NCBI GenBank assembly: GCA_038883775.1
Contig: JAVZLM010000004.1
Location: 113,442-177,441, forward strand
DNA from: Candidatus Bathyarchaeia archaeon
GTDB lineage: Archaea; Thermoproteota; Bathyarchaeia; Bathyarchaeales; Bathycorpusculaceae
DNA: 64,000 bases
Reading direction: 5' to 3'
The notes under the pieces were generated by a model. The model made no database searches. It was given only the letters and a program-made list of their open reading frames with translations, and was not told the DNA's origin. The translations under genes were made by a program, and so were the position numbers. Below, in pieces: positions 59,766 to 64,000 of this stretch. Within the stretch, counting starts at the first letter, position 1. The number at the start of each line of letters is the position of its first letter.

Positions 59766-59951
59766 TTTATGCGCCATCCACGGCATAAGCTCCTGGCAAA
59801 CTCCCCTTTTTCTGTTTATGATTCTTTTTGGTGGTTTTCGTGCAAATTAAAGCTTGCTCCGAGGTTTCCGAGTTTCTTTCCATTTTGAAGCGTGGAACGC
59901 GTAATGTTTATCGTCGTGGTTTGGCGGTTTTTCAGCAGTTTTACCTAAGCC

Positions 59952-59984
59952 TTGGCTTGAGTAAAAGTTGGCTTGAGTTAAAAG
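59952..59984. repeat. short tandem duplication TTGGCTTGAGT(T)AAAAG x2
   Basis: 59952-59967 and 59968-59984. Confidence 0.6.
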
Positions 59985-60029
59985 CATTGCTTTCATAACA
60001 TTCCTAGGTACAATTCTCTATCTTTTGCT

Positions 60030-60290
60030 TCAACTTGCTAACTTTTCTTTTCTGCTAATTATGACTTTTAGTCCTAGTCCCTTCTCTCGCTTTTTCATGT
60101 ATCTTGTTTCCATTCTGATAATTTCAATGTCTTTTCTTTTGTTTAGATATGCAAGGAGTTCATTTTTTACGGTTCCTAGTGCCATTAAGGTGACGCTTTC
60201 ATTGGTTTTTAGACGTCTTTCAAGCTCTAGTTTCCACAAGCCATCTCTTGCGCATAGTATTGGTCCCTTACTTTTTGATCTTGTCTGCAT
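60030..60290 (-). CDS. small basic protein, possibly Alba-like
   Basis: ESVTLMALG, IEIIRMETR and GLKVIISRK resemble the Alba strand pattern. Confidence 0.5.
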   Translation of the reverse strand: MQTRSKSKGPILCARDGLWKLELERRLKTNESVTLMALGTVKNELLAYLNKRKDIEIIRMETRYMKKREKGLGLKVIISRKEKLAS

Positions 60291-60939
60291 ACTTCAAACA
60301 CCTTTTGTTTAGGATTTGTCGTGTTATTCTTTTTATGTCTATTATTAATGATGTTGAGAACAAGAATAAGAATATGATATGTGGTGGAATTAATGCAATT
60401 GGGACTTCTAGGGGGAAGGCTAAGAATGTTGGCAAAAGTACTGTGAATGTTGGTATGGCGAGAATTAAATTGGAGTTGTGGGGTTCAAAAAATGTTCGGA
60501 TATCTTTAGATCTAAAAATTATTGTTGCAGCAACAAGAAAAGTTAGCCATTCTAAAGTTATGTTTATCGGGCTTTTAATATCTACATTAAGTCCATAGCG
60601 TTTTTGAGTTAATGGCAAGAAAATTTGCACGTACCCTCCAGCAATATAATCTCCGACCAGCGAATGCTGAATTAAAGCTACAAAATATGGAACAGCTTTT
60701 CTATGGTATAAGGCGAACAGCGGGATAAAAATTATCGTCGCCACTACTATTGAGTGTGATGGCCCGCGATGCTGAACATATGGGATTAATATGTCAATGT
60801 CTGGAATTACAGAAAGCATTAAAACTATTGGGATGTTTAATTCTGCTTTCACTTTTATGGCATTAGCGGTTGATTTGCTAAACATATATCCGAGAGCGAA
60901 GTGACCTACTGCAAACGATTTGCTTTCCTCCTTTCTCAA
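60268..60939 (-). CDS. membrane-bound metal-dependent hydrolase (YdjM-like)
   Basis: GH, PDID, HRGPSHS and HSLVGD motifs with TM segments. Confidence 0.85.
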   Translation of the reverse strand: MRKEESKSFAVGHFALGYMFSKSTANAIKVKAELNIPIVLMLSVIPDIDILIPYVQHRGPSHSIVVATIIFIPLFALYHRKAVPYFVALIQHSLVGDYIAGGYVQIFLPLTQKRYGLNVDIKSPINITLEWLTFLVAATIIFRSKDIRTFFEPHNSNLILAIPTFTVLLPTFLAFPLEVPIALIPPHIIFLFLFSTSLIIDIKRITRQILNKRCLKYADKIKK

Positions 60940-61033
60940 TAACGAAAAGCGAAGCCATTAATATAGTGTACCTTAAGTGTTGAGCAGCTGCCAGACTTTT
61001 GCTGGCGTGAATGGCTGCCAACATTTTAAGAAA

Positions 61034-61186
61034 TCAGAGTTTTGGCGTGGGTCTGCTAATTAAAGGGCAAACCAAGTGAATGTTCCCTTTGTAAAATATT
61101 CTTCTCGGGTTGGCTTGGAATACGTAGATACAACATAGCGGGCGTACATTTGTTTCATAGCTGTTGCAGTCAGTGCAAGTCTTCAT
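61034..61186 (-). CDS. possible 50-aa Cys-containing small protein
   Basis: MKTCTDCNSYETNVRPLCCIYVF...HLVCPL; fills an otherwise empty gap. Confidence 0.3.
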   Translation of the reverse strand: MKTCTDCNSYETNVRPLCCIYVFQANPRRIFYKGNIHLVCPLISRPTPKL

Positions 61187-61339
61187 GGCATTTGAAACCT
61201 GTTCTACAAAAATTTAGCTTTAATCTTTATTTCAATTATGAATCGAGCTCTTTTGATGTTTTATAATGTGTATTTTTGTTGTTTAGGTAGACAGCAATGT
61301 TTATTAAGACTTACTATATCCGACTAGACTGGTGATGAG

Positions 61340-61795
61340 TTGACGGCACAAAGGTTTCACATGGCAGTAGTTTTAGTTATTGGTACTGTAGGGCTTGTGA
61401 TGATCGTATTGGCTACAACTCTGTTAAGTGCCTACCAACAAATTCCAAATTACGGAGTGGTGAAAACGGTTAAAGTAGGCGTATACGAGGATTTTGAGTG
61501 CAGTGCAAACGTTACTGCAATTAATTGGGGTACTTTGGAACCTGGAGCAGTAACAAACTTTACTGTTTATGTAAGAAACGAAGGAAACATCCCGTTAGTA
61601 CTTAATATGACAACAGCCAATTGGAATCCTGAAAGCGCGTCGAAATACATAACTCTCGAGTGGAATCTTGAGGGCTACATAATTAATCCTTCAAGTGTTG
61701 CTCCAGCAAACCTAACGCTTTTAGTGTCACAAGATATTGAGGGCATTACCAATTTCCACTTTGAGATTTTCATCATCGGTACAGAGGCTCAATGA
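61340..61795 (+). CDS. secreted/membrane-anchored beta-sandwich surface protein
   Basis: N-terminal TM/signal; INWGTLEPG, VYVRNEGN and NWNP; several NxT/S sequons. Confidence 0.7.
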   Translation: MTAQRFHMAVVLVIGTVGLVMIVLATTLLSAYQQIPNYGVVKTVKVGVYEDFECSANVTAINWGTLEPGAVTNFTVYVRNEGNIPLVLNMTTANWNPESASKYITLEWNLEGYIINPSSVAPANLTLLVSQDIEGITNFHFEIFIIGTEAQ

Positions 61796-61818
61796 AATAC
61801 TTTTGCGCTTTTCCTCGT

Positions 61819-63390
61819 TTATCTACTTTTTAAGAGCTTTTGTTGATATATAAGGATTAGTTTAGAAATTAATGCTAGAAGTTTGGTTTTTCTGATAACA
61901 TTTGTCGCTTTTTCAAGTTCAGGCAACGTTATTGTTCTGGTAATGGGTGTCAGAGTTATGTATGAGAATATGTATAAAATTCCGCTTAGCGCACCGGTTA
62001 AGAACATGGGGAAGCGCCCAAGTTGGAGCACAATAAGTGCAGGTATACTAGATATTGCAGAGTTTAAGTAAATTTTTAGTGCTGCGTGGGTTTCAACGGA
62101 TATATGGAATTTTTTTCTTGCGATGTATAAGCCGTAGGTTGTGGCTAAACTATTCGCTATTAGAAAAGCTACAATTAAACCTTGTACGCTATAGGCTTTT
62201 GTAAGTAGGGGAGATAAAAAAACAAGCACCCCAAAGTTGACTAGGCTCATTTTTAGGGTTATTTTTGTTTCGCCTAGGCCATTATAAAGACTTGGAAGGA
62301 CAAGATATCCAAACCCGACCAAGAAATATAGCAGGCAATATGTTGCTAGGAACATAGGAGCTGCTTGGTATGCGTTGCCGTATATTATTTCAACTATTTC
62401 TTTTGATAGTATTATTATAAGGAAAGTTAGTGGAATTATAATGATGGCCGTGTATTTGTTTGCGAGTTTGTAAAACGTTTTCACTTTTTTCTGCGTTAAA
62501 GAGTTCAATTTTGAGAAGGCAGGTAGAAGGGCTGTTGCGATTGGAATCGCGATGATATGCATAAGTGATATGAAGTTTACGGCAGCCTTGTAATTTCCTA
62601 TATCCGCATCTGTTGTGAAAAACGCTAAGACAACGTTCTGATAAATTGGAATGAATCCCGCCAACAACGTAGATATATACAATGGAATGCCATAGCTCAA
62701 AATGGTCTTTAAATCGCTAGTTGTTCTGTAGTCTTCCAGTTTTGAATCATCGTTGTTTCCACGGGTTTTAATTAAAATAGCTAAGCTGGGAATTGCAGCT
62801 ATAGCGTAGCTTGCCACATAGCCTGTTACTGCGCCTACTATACCGAATCCTAAAATGACTAGAGTTAATGAAATTATTGCTTTAGAAAATGCTTGCAGAT
62901 TTGAGGCCATGGCGTTATATTCAGCTTTATCTAGGCCTACAAAGGCTGAAGTTATTGCGGTGAATATTGCTTGAAAAAGCACAGTTGCTGCGGCAATTCT
63001 AATATAGATAGCGAGTTCTGGTCTTTGAAGGAGAACTGTTGCAAAAAAATCCGCTAATAAATAGTTTAGTAGGAATATTAGGGTTCCAGCTGTTGCTCGG
63101 AGTATTAGCCCATATTTTATTAATCTTTTTATGCGTCGGCTCTCATTTTTTCCACGATAAGTAGCCGTGAATTTGATGATCCCTTGGTTTATGCCGAGAT
63201 CTGTGAATAATAAAAGAAGTTGAGGCGTAACCAGTGCTAAAGTGTATTGCCCATATAATTCTGGGCCCAGAAGCCTTGCTATAATTATTGAGGCTATAGC
63301 CATGATTATCGTTGCTGAGGCAGTTCCTGTAATTAGGTAAAATCCGCCCCGTGCGGCTTCTTCCGCAACTCTTGTTAGCTCATCTGCCAT
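61819..63390 (-). CDS. oligosaccharide flippase (Wzx/PST, MOP superfamily)
   Basis: ARLLGPELYGQY, DLGI, IGNYKAA and LLPAFS; about 14 TM. Confidence 0.88.
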   Translation of the reverse strand: MADELTRVAEEAARGGFYLITGTASATIIMAIASIIIARLLGPELYGQYTLALVTPQLLLLFTDLGINQGIIKFTATYRGKNESRRIKRLIKYGLILRATAGTLIFLLNYLLADFFATVLLQRPELAIYIRIAAATVLFQAIFTAITSAFVGLDKAEYNAMASNLQAFSKAIISLTLVILGFGIVGAVTGYVASYAIAAIPSLAILIKTRGNNDDSKLEDYRTTSDLKTILSYGIPLYISTLLAGFIPIYQNVVLAFFTTDADIGNYKAAVNFISLMHIIAIPIATALLPAFSKLNSLTQKKVKTFYKLANKYTAIIIIPLTFLIIILSKEIVEIIYGNAYQAAPMFLATYCLLYFLVGFGYLVLPSLYNGLGETKITLKMSLVNFGVLVFLSPLLTKAYSVQGLIVAFLIANSLATTYGLYIARKKFHISVETHAALKIYLNSAISSIPALIVLQLGRFPMFLTGALSGILYIFSYITLTPITRTITLPELEKATNVIRKTKLLALISKLILIYQQKLLKSR

Positions 63391-63421
63391 TAGCTTTTCA
63401 CTCTAGCTTCAGTTGTTAGTT

Positions 63422-64000
63422 TTAACAAGTTTTATATTCTCTTATTAATGCGGCTGTGGCAAAGGTTACGGTTAGTGCGAGTAGGCTTAAAACTATGGCA
63501 GCTAGCCTTATTCCCCAAGGAGTGTAGTTTAGAAGTAAGCCAACTATTGGAACTAATGCTAAACTCATTCCTATGCTTAGGGCTATTCGCTCAATTATGT
63601 CTAGATTTTTTTCGGATTTTTTCGATTCCATTCTTTTAGGAAAAAGCGCTTTTATGAAGGTGTAGCCTGGCAGCCAAAGAACGAATATTGAGCCCAGAAT
63701 ATATCTTATGTAAACCAATGGGTAGAAATCTTCCGGAATGCCAAAAGCTACGAAAGCTGTTGCTATTGCCATAAAGAGTGTTATCCAGTACCAATAGGTT
63801 TGTTCTGTTTTTAAGTAAGCGGCAAAGTTTTGTGGAATATATGACTGCTTTTTGAAACTTATTTTTCCATCGCTTTGCAATTTTAGAACTAGTTCAAGTG
63901 CCTCTTGCTCAGAGATTTGAAGTTCTTCCTTGACGAAAATTATTAACTGCTCTACATTTTGAGGTTTTTTCGCATTTATAATTTGAGTAATCTTCTGAAG
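63422..64000 (-). CDS. DUF1616-like membrane protein, 5'-partial
   Basis: LPGY..IKALFP, IERIALSIGMSLA and LNYTPWGI; frame is open to the window end. Confidence 0.8.
   Translation of the reverse strand, partial: LQKITQIINAKKPQNVEQLIIFVKEELQISEQEALELVLKLQSDGKISFKKQSYIPQNFAAYLKTEQTYWYWITLFMAIATAFVAFGIPEDFYPLVYIRYILGSIFVLWLPGYTFIKALFPKRMESKKSEKNLDIIERIALSIGMSLALVPIVGLLLNYTPWGIRLAAIVLSLLALTVTFATAALIREYKTC

Noticed and set aside
59691-59888. 65-aa ORF in the track
   Set aside because: It overlaps the tRNA-Cys gene and has no protein-like features.

Overview
Gene-dense archaeal chromosomal window, most plausibly Bathyarchaeia. That assignment is inferred from the archaeal ribosomal proteins, frequent TTG/GTG starts and gene repertoire, not proven. 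From left to right it holds: (1) a methylmalonyl-CoA/biotin cluster (epimerase, BirA, CoA-carboxyltransferase, keto-acid carboxyltransferase, biotin carrier, B12 mutase large subunit) with no biotin carboxylase or Na+-pump subunit in the window, i.e. transcarboxylase-like; (2) a ~20 kb redox/metal region (CopB-type ATPase, orphan two-subunit [NiFe] hydrogenase, CDF, FTR-rubredoxin plus glutaredoxin, Zn-ferredoxin, SOD, rubredoxin, class II RNR, OsmC, peroxiredoxin, Ptr2/LrpA, PDO, HypA/Mrp); (3) the L22-to-cmk part of the S10-spc ribosomal cluster with a basic Hsp20-like gene inserted before L15; (4) a glycosyltransferase region with a decayed AIR-synthase-like pseudogene; (5) an amidohydrolase, a threonine-synthase-fold/winged-helix fusion lacking the PLP lysine, a perfect 24-bp palindrome and an ECF S-component, which is the best candidate for an undescribed regulatory system; (6) DNA ligase, E1-like enzyme, tRNA-Cys(GCA) and surface/glycan genes. 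I saw no CRISPR array, transposase, integrase or rRNA. All family calls come from motif recognition, not database searches.
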